A DNA stretch of 62,027 nucleotides, the filler included, from Hausera hauseri (Eukaryota), in the NCBI GenBank assembly GCA_046269625.1. It is 9 parts of 9 records of this genome, joined end to end, with 100 filler letters (N's around TTAATTAATTAA, not from the genome) between each part and the next. Parts side by side here need not be neighbours in the genome. Positions count along the whole stretch, not along the records: positions 1 to 5,173 come from JBJURY010316163.1; positions 5,274 to 19,649 come from JBJURY010622108.1; 7 more parts are not named here. One strand, given 5' to 3'. Within the stretch, counting starts at the first letter, position 1. Every line of letters starts with the position of its first letter. The notes below the pieces were generated by a model that had not been told where the DNA came from, did no database searches, and was given only the letters and a program-made list of their open reading frames with translations. Positions 1 through 12,949 of this stretch are shown here, piece by piece. The translations under genes were made by a program, and so were the position numbers.

Positions 1-78
1 GAGGCAGTTCTGAAGGCAAAAGGGGGTCCAACCCGTTACTAGCATGGTGTACCTAATAAAGTGGCCGGTGAGTGTATA
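1..78 (+). mobile_element. Tc1-like DNA transposon right end (transposase tail and TIR)
   Basis: Ends GTGTACCTAATAAAGTGGCCGGTGAGTG-TA, the reverse complement of the fish Tc1-type TIR TA-CACTCACCGGCCACTTTATTAGGTACAC. Preceded by an EAVLKAKGGPTRY* transposase-like tail. Confidence 0.8.
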
Positions 79-745
79 TACACTATTTACACTGTTTGCA
101 GTGTATGGATTTGACTGCATGTGCACAGGTAAATGAATAATCAAAATACACCATGACCTTATTTGTTTTTAGGGCTTTTATCCCCTGCTTCTGCTCACTG
201 ATCATATCATGCATAGGCTATGATTCTTGTAAAAGGTGTTAAATATTTCTTATTAAACAAATAGTTGTTTTATTTTTTCTGTTTGTACACAAGTAAACCA
301 AAGAACACGCACCAACAGTCCTCTGTGTGATTTTTAATGTTGCTGCTAACGGAGCCTGGAAGTGTAGATTTACCTTGAAGTCAGTTTGCTGCAAAGACTG
401 GCAGCTGTCCTAAATCCTTTCCACTTGTGAATATTAATCTCATAGTAGATTGACTGTATTTTTTTTCGACCATGTCAGGCAAAATGACGGACAACGGGAT
501 TCTACAAAGTACTGACACTTCAGGGCCTGAAGATAAATTCATGCCACACTCAGGTGGTGAGGGTTTAAAATTTAAATACAACCTGGATTGTACGGGGTTA
601 GAAGAAAGACATTAAATATTCACACAATAGTGCCAGATGTTCTGTGAAGATGTAATATATAGCTAGTATTGACATTTCATGGCATGACATAGACCTCACT
701 TTACAAGCAAATGAAAAGCAGAATTGCACCACTGATAAATGCTTA

Positions 746-1347
746 AGCTAGGTTTATAGTTGACGCGTCGCGCCGGGCGCGAGGGGCCGCGCGCCATGTG
801 TGACGTAATCGCGCCGTCCCCGCCCCTGCGCGTTGGCCCCGCGCGCTGTCGCGGCGCCTGGTCGTGCACCTCCAAATTTTTGGAACTCCGCAAGGACTGC
901 GCGCGCCGTGGACGTTCCAAGATGGACGCTTTCGAAGGTGCTCTCGAACCGAGCGCACAACAAAACCGCGAGAGATCACCTGACCATCGTTTACAAAGCG
1001 GCTCAGAGGCACTCGGACCTCATCTCCACCCGCAGCGTGGCTCCAACCTGTGATAAATGTAATCCAGTAGGGCTAAATATAAAAAATAAATAATATTAAA
1101 TGACTACATGAGCTGAAATCCTGTAAATATAATCCGTTTAAATTAAATAATCATTTAGGGAAGAAATCTGTTTTGTCTCTATTGTGTGACTTCTACAACC
1201 GTTCTTTACAACCTATATGCTGGTTTGACTGATTGGTGTACTGCCCCCTGTTGGTCAGGGAGGAACAGCACTTTGCAGCACGCCAACTATAATTTGAGAC
1301 GCCGCACGGCTGAGTGCGCGGTCCAAAGCGCGACTATAACCAGGGCT
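746..1347. mobile_element. Non-autonomous PIF/Harbinger element (MITE)
   Basis: TTA target-site duplication at 743-745 and 1348-1350. Imperfect TIRs AGCTAGGTTTATAGT / ACTATAACCAGGGCT. GC-rich subterminal repeats (TATAGTTGACGCG vs CACGCCAACTATA). Confidence 0.8.
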
Positions 1348-2226
1348 TTAGGTTCTGTTCTGACAGAGGAGACGTGATCTCCGACACCACAACCCCTCCA
1401 TCATCTGGCTCAGCGTCTGAACAGTGATCCTGGAAAACATGCTCCACTGCCTGGAAAAAAACTAAGTTGTGTCAGATAAACATGCAGGTCCAAAAGCCCA
1501 GAACACATTTTTTCCCACCCTATACCTGATTTCCACCCCCAACTGTGCCTTTTTCAGCCAACAATGGCCCACCAGTGCCTCTGGATGTGTAAAATACTTG
1601 TAAAATAATTGGCCTCTGGAATGAATATTGATAATTAACAACACAAAGCATTTAGTTCCCAAATCCCATTTTTATGATACATTTCCTGAGATATGACAAC
1701 TTGTTTTGTAGATAGATACAACTAACTTTACAGTAACAACCCTGTGAGTTAGTTTCCATTATAAACCAGTGATGACCCAAGACTCTGACCAAAAGGATGT
1801 TATGGTAGATGGAAAACAAAAAACATTGTCAGTGCTCTTGATGACTCTTGACAAACTTCAAAAACAATGTTAGAAGTATCAATTTTAGATAAAGGGCTGA
1901 TGCCGTCCACGTCTCACAACATGGAAACAGAGCTATACAACTAGAGTTTATCACAAATAAAGTCCACTGCACCTCTACACGGGGCTCTTCAACAGGTGTT
2001 TGGAGCATCCCAATGAGCCACAGCTGTGCTGGAGGAAGGTTTCCTTCAGATCTGATGGGCTCAAAGTTCCAGCTGCGCAGGAAGCACTGAGAAACACATG
2101 GTGGACACAGAAGAGGAGCATCTCATCTGAAACATCAATCAGTTGCTCTTCTTCCATTGTGTGGAACACATCGTAGGATTTACAGGTGACAGCTGACCAC
2201 ACGTCACACCACAACCTCTCCATTCT
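1348..2226 (-). pseudogene. Spliced integrase-core (IS3EU-like) transposase remnant, interrupted by the Harbinger MITE
   Basis: Exon ~1975-2226 after an ATTTCCAG acceptor reads RMERLWCDVWSAVTCKSYDVFHTMEEEQLIDVSDEMLLFCVHHVFL, like the RIERLWRDVW...LFC.H.VFL motif of fish integrase-core proteins. Exon ~1348-1450 reads DGGVVVSEITSPLSE. Confidence 0.6.
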
Positions 2227-3519
2227 GGAAATAAAGATCAAACAATACATACAAGAGTGAGGTTAACAGAAGAAGAAGAAGAACTCCCCCCCTCCCAAGG
2301 GTTTTTGCCCCCACCACTTTTATACTTTCAACTTATTGCAACTTTGTCAAATTTAACCTAGGGTATGTCATATTTCCATGTCTTTTACTAAAAAAACATT
2401 GTTGGCATATAGTGAATTTTGAGATGCCTGTGATGATTTTGAAACCAACAGTACCACTGGTTCTACCAAGAACCCTCAGCTAGGACTCCAGCTCGTTCAT
2501 TCACCAGACGGAGGAAAAGTTTTTCCTTTTTCATCATTTTTCTTTGGACCTCAGAATGATCTTTGAGTGAGTCTGTCCCTCAGTCAAGGCACAACATCCA
2601 GTTATCTGGACTGAATTAGGTGGTTAAACAAGGCTTTTCTAATTGCCTTTCTGTTGCATGTTTGCTAAAGCTGTGCTGATTATATGCTGGGATCTTTTTG
2701 TGACGTGCTCCTGTGCTGATCTCAGACTAAGGGATTCTATGCATCCAGAATAATTGAATTCAGTGCTGCTGCATTTCATAGGCTCTCTTTGCAGCCAATC
2801 CCTTTACTCCCTGCCACTTGCTCCGTGTTTCTCACTTCTTTCTTTTTCCTTTTGTGTTTTTGACTCTCCATACAGATCCATGTTGTAGTCCTACATTCCT
2901 TTGTTTTAACTGGTCACTAGCCCAAAAAGGCACGTGGTTGAGTTTTAAAGCTCTTTGTTACAAAGCTAAGGGTGGGTCTGAAACTGAAAGTGACCTGACC
3001 CCCTCCTCTTTTGATTCCTTCAGCCCACCACTCTCAGAGGGGGGGTCTAATCTTTTCTGTTTTATGACACTCATATATGGTTCTGCAGTTCTGCTTTTTC
3101 TTGGTTAGTTTGTTCAATAATCTTATTTAATTTCACATTAGTTAGACTGCATGCCAGTAGTTAAAGAAAGAGGTTATTAGCAGAATAATTCAGCTGTAAG
3201 GTTCGGCTGTTTTGCTGATAAATTCTCAGACTTGATTAGAAATAAGCGTGTCATGATCATGGCTCGTTGTGTGAACAGTTTCTTCTACCTGTGGTTCTGA
3301 ACTCATTCCTTCACAAGACACTGACTAGCTTTGACTTAGGATTCCAGAGGGTGTGTATGGTTCCCCAATTCAACTAAAGAACTGTCAGTTTTATTAATAA
3401 TAAATTCTTAATTATAATTTTTAATAATTACACAAGTCAAACACTAATGTGAATTCTGATTCCCAATAAACTGGAAAGTCAGTGCTTCTAGTGCTAAAGG
3501 AAAATGTTGAAACTGTTTT

Positions 3520-5173
3520 CACTCGGGGGTTCTGGGGGAGCGTCGCCCCTGGTTTGGGGTACCGGTTGGGCCTGGGGAACTTGGGTCTTGGTGGGTATGC
3601 TGCTGGGGTTTTGGACCGGTGTGTGCACTGGTGCCCGGCCCTGGCCTGGAGCTCCTTGGTGCATTGGGGGGCCTTGGGGCGCCTTAAGCTGGTGGGGAGG
3701 TCTCTTTGCCATCCCATTGCAGGTGCTCGCCCATCAGGGAGGGCTCTCTGCTGGAGGGAGGGAGCGATCCGGGGGAGGGGTGGACTCAACCTGGGTGTCT
3801 TGTGTGGTCTGAGAGTTGTCTGAATGTTAGGGTGGGGGTAGCTTTTCCTCTGGGGTGGGGGCTGGGTAGGCGGCCCTGGGTGGGGGCTGGGTGTCATTCG
3901 GGTGGACCTGGTTCAATCCCAATTCCCCTTGGGGTTTTGGTACATGGCGGCTCCGGTTCTTGTCTGGAGGCAGGGTCTGGGGTCTGTGTGGCTTCTGCGA
4001 GCTGGCTGGCCTGTGTGGTCCTGGGTTGGGTGGTCTCGGCTTCTTTGTGGGTTCTGGTTTTTGCTCCGTGGGCCTTCTGCCCCTTAGGGACCTTAGTGTG
4101 GGTTCTCCCGGGGTGCTGCTTCTGGCTGGGGCATGGATGTTGGACATGTGCCCCTGGGCATGGGCGCTGTGGGTCTCCTTTCTCCGTGGGGGTGTGCTTT
4201 CGTGGGGGGCTCTGCTTTGCGGGGCTGGTGGGATGCACCTCGTGGTGTGGCCTTTGCACGGGGCTCTTGCTTTGGGGGGCCCTTGCCGCGTCTTACCCTC
4301 GTCTGCATGACGGTCGTGGTGGTGGGGTGGTGGTCCTGCGGGGTACTGCTCTGGTCTTTGTGTGTGGGTGCGGCGGGCTGGCATTGCTGGGTCCTGTGAT
4401 AGTGCTGGCATTCCCCGGACCTGTGCCGGGGCAGGGGATGGTTTGCTTGCTGAGTAGTCCCAGGCTGGGGATCCGTGTCCGGGGTTGGGGGTTCTCGCTG
4501 TGCCCCTGCAGATGTATGGTATGGAGGTGTCGCTATCTCTGTGACATTGGCCTGGGGGGCTATTGCTTGGCTTGGCTCTAATGTTGATTCCTGTCTACGC
4601 CTGGATGTTGGTGGTTCCAGGCCTGGGGGGTTGCTGGCTCCTTCACAGTCTGGGTGGTGGTAGTTGGTGGCGCTCCGTGGTTTGTTGTGTTGGCATCTTT
4701 CCCTCGGTGGTAAGATGGGTGTGGCGGTGCGTGGGGGGCTTGCCGGGCCCCGTGCCGCGTGGTAGTCTTGGGTTTGTTTGTGGGGCGGTGTGTGTGCTTG
4801 CACTGGCTGGGTGCCTGCATTTGGGTTGGCCTGCGGATTTGGGTCTGGTGGGACTTGTTGGCTTCTTTGGTGTCGGCATGGGGGTGTATGTCATTGTTCT
4901 GCTAGCCTAGCAGTGGCTGTGGTCAGGCGCTCGGCTGTGGGTTGGGGCGGTGGAGTGGACGGTGGAGGGGGTGGTGTGAAGGGTCGGGGACTGTCGCACT
5001 GGTGATTCTGCGCCATGGGTCCAGGAATGCCTGGGCGTGTTGGACGTGCACCCTCCTTGCTTGGTATGCTCTTGCTGTGGAGGTCGCGCTTGATGGGCTG
5101 GTTGGCTCCTTCGCTGGGGTGGAGGTGCACTCCTGGTCGGCGTGGTGCCCTCTGTGGCGGTGTAGGCGCTCCC
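3520..5173. other. Strongly strand-skewed, G/T-rich, A-depleted tract
   Basis: For example, only 3 A in 60 nt at 4201-4260. The lack of stop codons produces many overlapping spurious ORFs. Confidence 0.85.
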
Positions 5174-5273
5174 NNNNNNNNNNNNNNNNNNNNNNNNNNN
5201 NNNNNNNNNNNNNNNNNTTAATTAATTAANNNNNNNNNNNNNNNNNNNNNNNNNNNNNNNNNNNNNNNNNNNN
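5174..5273. other. Artificial contig linker (44N-TTAATTAATTAA-44N); also at 19650-19749, 25376-25475, 31330-31429, 36517-36616, 43238-43337, 47442-47541 and 54815-54914
   Basis: Identical 100-nt spacer with stops in all six frames, seen eight times. Composition and content change abruptly across each one. Confidence 0.98.
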
Positions 5274-5470
5274 TGCGATCCTTCTTTACCAAGTTTGAGT
5301 AGCATTTCATTGGTGATGTGGTCTGGCCCTGGTGCTTTTTTGAGTTTCATATTGTTGAGACTAGACTCGAATTCAGATGTAGTGAATTCTTCATGACAAG
5401 TGCTGTTATTGACTGTCTGTGCTTTCATTTCATAATGTGTTTCGTCCGAGTTCTGATGTCCAGCTTGGGT
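5274..5470 (-). mobile_element. LINE ORF2 fragment (pre-RT region)
   Basis: EEFTTSEFESSLNNMKLKKAPGPDHITNEMLLKLG matches the K.APGPD.I..E.L motif just upstream of non-LTR reverse transcriptases. Confidence 0.85.
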
Positions 5471-6074
5471 ATTTCATGTTGTTCCGCTAACTCCTTGATG
5501 AAGCTGAGGAACAGAGTTGGTGACAGAACCGCTCCCTCTGGTATATTATGGCGAAGCTTGGCGAAGAAGGATTTTCCGGCTTTTACAACCTTCCAGGTGT
5601 ACTTCTTTTAGGAAGGTACGCTTTTATCCATTTGTACATGTTGCCATATATTAGGTAAGTCCTTAGTTTCCACTGCAATCCTTCGTCCCAAACTTTTTCA
5701 AATGCTTTATTCAATTCAATCCATGTTGCCAGTACAATTTTCATACTCTGAAATCCATCTTCGATATCTTGAGAGAAGTAGGTAACTTCATCCTCCGTGC
5801 TGAAGCCAGCTTGATGTCGTGTAAATTATTTCTCACTTTCTAGTATCCTTTCAGCCAGAGGTTGATTATGCGTTTCACTGTTTTACAGAGACAGCTTGTA
5901 AGACTGACTGGACGGCAACAACATGTATTACATGTAAACAGGTAGTGTGCTCTTTTATTGTTCCAGGGATTTAAAGTATGTCTCGCTTGTCATTAAATCT
6001 CATATTTGCAGATCAGTCTTATGTATGTTTTAAGTGTGTTGCATTTTTAGATGTGTGTATATTTCACAAGGAAT

Positions 6075-6330
6075 GGGTACCGTGATGTAGTAATTAATGC
6101 ACTCGCTTGCAGATCGCATGGTCGTAAGTTCAATAGAAATGTGGTGTGCTGAATTTGCTGGGCCAAAACAGCCCCGTGGGCTAACGCACCCTAAAAAATG
6201 GGTGCCCGAGAAATACTCGGGAAATGTAAAGGCTTTATGATGACGAGATAACCCAATCATGTACTGGTGTCAAGCAAAAATCTGGACATGCCCCCATACA
6301 CCTGTCTGTAGGCGATAAAGAACTTTACCA
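6075..6330 (+). repeat. tRNA-derived SINE copy 1 (Deu/Nin-domain-like core)
   Basis: Shares tRNA-like head, AAATGGGT(A/G)CC.GAGAAAT core and GTAAAGGC-TTATG-ATAACCCAAT tail with the copies at 8120, 14210 and 16505. Confidence 0.55.
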
Positions 6331-7719
6331 AGCTTCATGAGAGTGCCAGGAGTCTTTGAATATTTTATTAGCTCGTCCACCTCTTGTATAATCTTTTATA
6401 ATCTTTCTGTCCATTTCTTATTAAACGTCCGGATTTCTGATACTTCCAGCCTAGAGTATTTGTCTTTATTTGTGTCAATTAGGTATTAAAATTTCATTTT
6501 TTTTTCCTTAAGACAATGATTAGGTTTCTCTTGCGGAGAAATAAATGAAAGAATAGCTGCTACGAACCATAAATATGATTTCAGAATGTTGGTAACATTT
6601 CAAACTTGCAAAGTAATTGTGATGGCTGTTTTCAATGTAGAATGATTCTTAGAACAGGTTATGTACAGAACAAGAATAGAGAAATAAGAGAAAGTACAGA
6701 GTAAACAAAGCAGAACAAAAAAAAAACAAAGCATTTAATTAAAAAAAAAAACAAATCAGTAATTTACAGTTTTCCTATTTATTTTCACATTTTTCAGAAC
6801 ATCTTTCTCTGGGTAAAATAGCATTAACAACAAGGAAAATCTTCCATACATAACAAGGAAATAAAATTAAGGCATTATTAAAAACCCGGGGGATTTTTCC
6901 CGGCAAGAGGGCCGTGGACTTGTGTTACAACAATTTGTGACATATTTGGGGATGTCTGAATAGTATTTTATTATGTAACAAAAAATTATAATTCATCGTT
7001 TCCATTTAAAATAAAAGATAATGAACATTTTCGACAAAGAATAATATGTTGACACATGATATTTATTTTTTGTTTAATGTATACTTCATAATTTTAAATT
7101 TAAAAGTGACGAGCTGAAGTTTGCAAAACAAAATGATTTATATTTAGAGGAAATTCATATATATTTTTTATATAACAAGAGTACTATTTTAGTTTATGGA
7201 GAATTAATCAGACCCGCCTTGAACATTTAAAGCGAGCAATATTAAATACAAATAGTAGAATAACTTTTTTTCGTTACTTTAAAGCAAAAATAAAAAAATG
7301 TTTGAAAAGGTTTCATGAAAAAATGTTTCATGCCAGCACTTAAATATATTGTAAAGATTCAAATAACAAATACAAAATATACCCAAAATAAATCAATGAC
7401 AAAGAACATACACCAGCCAAAAAAAAAAAAACATCGCAGAATGCCCAGCCAAAACTTCACAGTTAAACAGTACATTAAAATAAACTGCACAATACAAAAA
7501 CAGGTGGGCGCATACGCACACACATGGAAAAATATACACACTGAACACACTCCCATAGTAAGTAGTACACATTTAGAAATTCTTTATAATACGAGGAATT
7601 TGGCGGTAGAAACTTTCTTTTTTAACAACTCTAAGAAACTTTTCTACTGACAGTCTTCTTGTCGGTTCTACTTCCAAAAGTTGTAGCAGCCAGTTTCTGT
7701 TGGAATAATATAACAAATC

Positions 7720-7875
7720 AATTATTAATCTGTTGCAAACAGTGTACATGAAACTGAAATATGCACATGAAAAACTTACATGAGCAACAAAAGTTTCATG
7801 TTAATAAAGTATAAACTGGCAGCAATTTATTAATTACCTTTTGCTGTCCAAACAATGTCCCTTTTTTAATTTACA
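7720..7875 (+). repeat. ~150 bp dispersed repeat, copy 1 (inverted partner at ~12950-13110)
   Basis: GTACATGAAA...GAAAAACTTA...CAACAAAAGTTTCATGTTAATAAAGTA...ACTGGCAGCAATTT recurs as a reverse complement at ~12950-13110. Confidence 0.85.
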
Positions 7876-8119
7876 GGGCACTCTTTAATCCATATCCTTA
7901 GCTTTCTTACTATCACATTAATTTGTAACACACATAGATATTTGGCAGTTCCTTGATAAGATTGTGTTCTATTCCTACATATTGAAACATGCGTCCTTGC
8001 ACTGAAAGGTAGATTTTATGTTGGATTGTTCTGTTATTCGAAGGTAAGACATTCACAACATCACAATGATGGAACGTTTCCTATTGCTGTAAACACACAT
8101 CGCTAAACGTGAAACACAG

Positions 8120-8330
8120 CTAACGAAATTCCACTCACGCCTTAAAGACTATAAGGGAACGCGGAGTAAGTTTTTCATTGACCAACGGCACATATCTGGG
8201 TATCTTCTCAGCATAATGCCAGGACGCCTTTCATTCCCCAGAGAATTTCTCTGGTACCATCGAAAAAATTCAGCCAGACAGTACTATCGAAAGCGAGCGC
8301 ACTAACCACTCTGCCATCGAGGCCCCATAG
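8120..8330 (-). repeat. tRNA-derived SINE copy 2
   Basis: Minus strand has an A-box-like GGGGCCTCGATGGCAGAGTGGTTAG head followed by GGTACCAGAGAAATTCTCTGGG...AAAGGCG. Confidence 0.6.
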
Positions 8331-8599
8331 AGGTGATACATAACAAGATATTAAACATGCTCCATGTAAGTAAAGTATCACACACATGTGTAATATCATA
8401 TAAGGTAATGTGGGGTCACTGTCAATATTTTTTACTTGACCATGTAAGTATTGTAAATTGGTCATACCTGAACCGTTTTAAGCGGAAGTCAAGACGCAGT
8501 CTTACTGTATGCTGGTGCCCCGCCCTCCCAATGAATATTCAGGGCTTGGTAGGCTCCAGCAGTGTTTGTCTGCACCTAGTGATTATCGCACGCCTTCTA

Positions 8600-8755
8600 G
8601 ATGACTAATATCTTATGTGTGTCTGAAACTTGATAACATTTGCAGGTCAAAAGAAAAGACTTAGCAGCTTTCATCTGCTCTGCCTTCGCAAAAATAATGA
8701 ATATCAGATGGCAGGACAAAATGACTACCATAGATGTAATGCAGCGTGCCAATGA
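8600..8755 (+). mobile_element. RTE-clade LINE C-terminal fragment
   Basis: Degenerate translation SFHL.CLRK-IMNIRWQDKMTTIDVMQRAN is typical of RTE elements. Confidence 0.65.
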
Positions 8756-9472
8756 ACCATATTTAATGGTCGCCATTCATGACGATCTGTTACAAATCTT
8801 TGAGCATTTTTAATCAAAAGGAATGAAATCAAAGGATATTGTAGTCTTCTCAGATTCACAGGCAGCCTTAACAGCAATAGAAAATTGGAGAATAAATTCA
8901 GTTGATACCACCCAGAAGGTACAAGAAATATGCCACAAAATTATAAGCCTGTATGATGTGAATGTATACATGCAGTGGATACCGGGACATACAAACATCT
9001 ATTTCAATAGATAGACTGGCAAAGAGGGGAGCACAAATGCAACAAATAGAACATCCACTAAGTTTGGCAACAGCAAAACAGATAATCAAAACAATTGTAG
9101 AGAGGATTGGATGAATAAGTGGACACAGGCTAAAACCGGAAGGAGGCTCACAGCCCCCAACACTGAAGATGCTATCAACAGTACCAAACAGAGATCTTTA
9201 GGTTGAGAACTGGCCACTCCACATAAAATGCTCACAGAAACAGACTGTACTCGCAGGCTACAGCAGGATGCAGACATTGTGCATACCAAACTGAGACGGT
9301 GAAACACCACCTGCTGTCTTCCCCCGCTCTCCAGGAACTAAGACAGACTCTACTATCCCATACGGCAGCCCACAGCAGCTCATTAAAATTGCACAGTACC
9401 ATATATTGGCATCAAAGTCAATAAGAGCCGACGCTCGATGACTGTGGATCAAAGACAAAACAAGACAAGATA
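8756..9472 (+). mobile_element. RNase H-containing LINE (I/Nimb-like), 3' fragment with (CAAGA)n tail
   Basis: IVVFSDSQAAL and MQWIPGHTNIYFN RNase H motifs, RLRTGH and a CRHC knuckle remnant. Ends GACGCTCGATGACTGTGGATCAAAGACAAAACAAGACAAGA. Confidence 0.85.
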
Positions 9473-10029
9473 ATGGCATTGCTACGAAATAGAAGTCTTA
9501 CATGAGTGAGACATACCAGTAAAGTGAATAACAGCCGCGTTCAAGATACATTTTACTAGGTGAACTGTCAGAGAAGACAATCGTAAGAAGAAGACCAAAG
9601 ATGAGATATAAATATATTTGTAAAACATCAATAGGTGATCTTTCTCGTTGATATTAATGACTCCGGAGTAGTTGCGTTGAGTATTACTGCTGCGCCAGGG
9701 GTGTCTAGGAGGGTGGGTCGAGGTCCTCCAGGCTTTAGTGCAATGCTTGGCCTCCTGGGAGTGATCCACAACTCAACTGGGGACCATGACGATCCCCTCA
9801 ACGTTGGCCAGAATTTCTTCTGCGCACTGCGCGAAAGTCTTGGGAGGTCTTAGCCAGTATGTTGTTTCCCGGCCCTGACGAGATCGCGATGCGATCTCAA
9901 GACTCAGCGTCACCTCATCAGATCAATAACAATACAAAGATATAAAATAATGAAACAGTGAAGAAGATAAGTAACAAAGAAATGTAATAATTATTCAATA
10001 AATATCCAATTAAATAATTATCGACTTAC

Positions 10030-11663
10030 CGCAAATGTGTAGATAAATTTGGTCTTTCTTTGGCTTCCAAGAAATAATTAATATCATCATCAGGTTCGAC
10101 TTTCAGAGCCAGCGCCCACAGTACAACACCAAGACAATAGGCATCCATCTACATGTAAAAAGTAAGAGAAAAACAGGTTTAAAATTTACTAAGAACTATT
10201 CTGTAAAAATATGTTTAATTTAGTTTATTGAATCTGATATCTTCTTTTATGTAGGGAAAGTGATGATAATAAAAACAATAAATGACTAGTAATTTTAGTG
10301 CTGGGATATAACATATATTTAACCATACCTAATAGTTTAAGATATCCACAACAGAAACAAGTGACAATATGCAACTCAGATATATATTCATTTTTATGTC
10401 AAAAACAAATTATCGAGCGAATGTATTATAGCTGGCTGACCAAGCAATAAATGTAAGAATAAATTTTGTTGCAAGATCAAGTCATGTATGTGATATAAAG
10501 ATATATTGTGTGACTTCAATAGTAAATATAAATAAAAGGGATGTACAAACTACATAAGATCAGTTCAAGAGGACTGCAGATATAATCTAACACATATTAA
10601 GATAAGAGAAATGTTAAATAAAATGGACAAACACCACGAGATTACGATACATGTCAAATAATATTGAACGAAATAGGATTGTGTCGAATAAAAATTTGAG
10701 ACAAACAGCTTCGAAATTAGATACAGAAATGTAACTTTGCATAATACCAAGAGAAATATAGGTTAATGAGACAAAGAGGTAAAAATAAGATAATGCTAAG
10801 GAGTAGCAACTAAGGTTAAAAAGTATGAAATATCAAATACATTTGATGAAAAGAGACATGAATGTAAAATGCAATTATAATGCAAAATAGAGTTGTATGA
10901 TGGTGGGCAACGATATAACATAGGATAATATGAAAGAAAGAAGACATTAATGTAAGATACAGTAGTGTTTTGTTAAAATACAGTTGAAATATGTAATATG
11001 AGGCAAAATAAAAGCATTAAAGTGGAAACAAATGTAACTGACCTTATATGGATCCACTTCTGTCACATTTGTATCCATTCGTTCTGGGGCTAAATAACCA
11101 ACAGTGCCACCACATTTGATTTTGTCTACTTTATGGTCATCTGGTGCTAGCTGTATGGCCAAACCAAAATCTCCCAGGATGGCGTTGAAATTATCATCCA
11201 AGAAGATGTTGTCTAACTTGACATCAAGATGTGCGATATTTTTGTTGTGCAAGTAACGAAGAGCACAAGCAACTTGAGTGACGCACACCTCAGACTCTTC
11301 AAAATTGAACTTGAAATAGTGAAAGTCTAGTGTTCGTCTCTTGAAGAACCGCATGCTGAAGGCCAGATAGTCGGGGCACTTGCCAGCAATGAGGCATTTC
11401 ATCAAATATGGGTGGTTAAATGACTTCATAAACTGAACTTCAGCGTGGAACAATTTTATGTTTCTCTCTTTCTTCTCCTTGTCCAGTAAAGTAAATTTTT
11501 TAACAACTTGTTTGAACTCCTCGTTGTGTAATGATGAGGCCAAAACAATATCTCCACACATTCCTTCATCAATCACCTTCTCCGGGTGTAGCTGGAATGT
11601 AGCAAAAAAATCGTTTCCGTTCAGTTCATAAACTGGGGAGACTGGAATATGTGATTCAGCCAT
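10030..11663 (-). CDS. Ser/Thr protein kinase, spliced (exon 1 11663-11043, exon 2 10148-10030; final exon not located)
   Basis: IDEGMCGDIV glycine loop, VVKK, alphaC E, HLDVKLDN, DFG, GT.GYLAPE. Donor AAG|GTCAGT and acceptor TGTAG| give in-frame MDAYCLGVVLWAL (subdomain IX). Second donor CG|GTAAGT. Confidence 0.85.
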
Positions 11664-12949
11664 GTTAAAGGTATACACAAATCACAAGATAACAGTAACT
11701 ATGATGGTTAATATTTAGATGAAGATGACTTTAAAATTCCTAATCACAAACATAGAGCAGCAATCCACTGAGAACAATCAGAATGCGCAAGGATCTGTCC
11801 AGTAACAAACTGATGACCAAGAAACTTGTTAAGCTGTATTTATATCACCAATACCAACTGGTAATTGTAGGGCTATTTTTAGGGAAACGACCTAATAACC
11901 AATAGCTTTTCTAGTTCATACTTTGACCAATAAATAATCAGTCTTTGTCTTTGTTACAGAATCAAAGGATTAATGTACTGGTAGATGGTGTAAAAAAAAC
12001 ACGCAACTTCTGAAGCCCATATTGTAGAGAAGATTTGATTTGACAACCGCGTTTTAAAAAGTGAGACAATACAAGTATCTAGCCTTACGAGCTTTTGATG
12101 TGATGCGGCCTGGCATCCAATATTGCGAAAATACAGGTGCTAAATTGGGATTATTCACCTCGATCCATTGATGCTTCATCCTTTCAGAATTGTCCATGAT
12201 AGGAGTCTTACAATTATAACAAAGTCTCCTAAAGCAAATATCTTTTATAATGTAATAAATTGTTCGGTTTATTGTTTTATGTGTCATGAGTGGTTTCTAA
12301 TGCACACTGGAAGCAGTGATAATTGCAGTAACAATTTTAACTGACCCTTCATTAATTATGTCGCTTTTTTAACTTTTTATAAATTCAACTTTACCTTTGT
12401 TTCCTTGTTTATTTTTTGCTGAGCACATTATATTTATATTTGTTCTTTCATTTGTTTTTCATCCTATTCGACTATCAATTCAATTGTGCGTCTTTCAGTA
12501 CCATGATTGAAATGTGTATATTGCTTGAGTGTCCCTTACTATGTCCATTATGGATGCTATATTACACTCGCATACTTATTTCATCTATTTTTTTTTTATA
12601 ATCTGTCCCGGATCTTGTTCCCAGATATTCGTCTGTAGATTGCAAAATATGATATCTTTTCTGGAAATATTCTCACCATATGGGTAAAACATTTTATTAT
12701 TAGTCTTTTAATATGCAAAATGAATGTTTCGTAGAAATATTTATCTTCATCTTGTTTTCAGTGTCTGGGTTTGAATCTTGAGGCAAATGCTTATCATGAA
12801 AATAGTATTTATCTGCTGACTTTTAACAGCAATGAAATGCTAGGGTATATGAAGAGAGAATCCTTTTGAAAGGTGACAGCTCTGCTAATCTGCCAATCGT
12901 TTCTTTTGTATTTGTTTTTTTTTTCTTTCAGCGTATAGATATATATATA

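Noticed and set aside
696-1093. GC-rich overlapping ORFs or CpG-island gene
   Set aside because: Mostly inside the Harbinger MITE; no protein motifs.
5218-5229. Recurrent TTAATTAATTAA as a biological repeat or recombination site
   Set aside because: Always centred in N runs; it is an artificial linker. No gene neighbourhood across linkers is meaningful.
3421-5229. Many long overlapping ORFs (up to 291 aa)
   Set aside because: Caused by A depletion removing stop codons; translations are low-complexity with no domain motifs.
9863-9925. Hammerhead ribozyme (CTGATGAG...GAAAC on minus; CTGACGAG plus hairpin on plus)
   Set aside because: Stem II does not close before GAAA, the plus-strand version has TCAA instead of GAAA, and no credible stem I/III forms.
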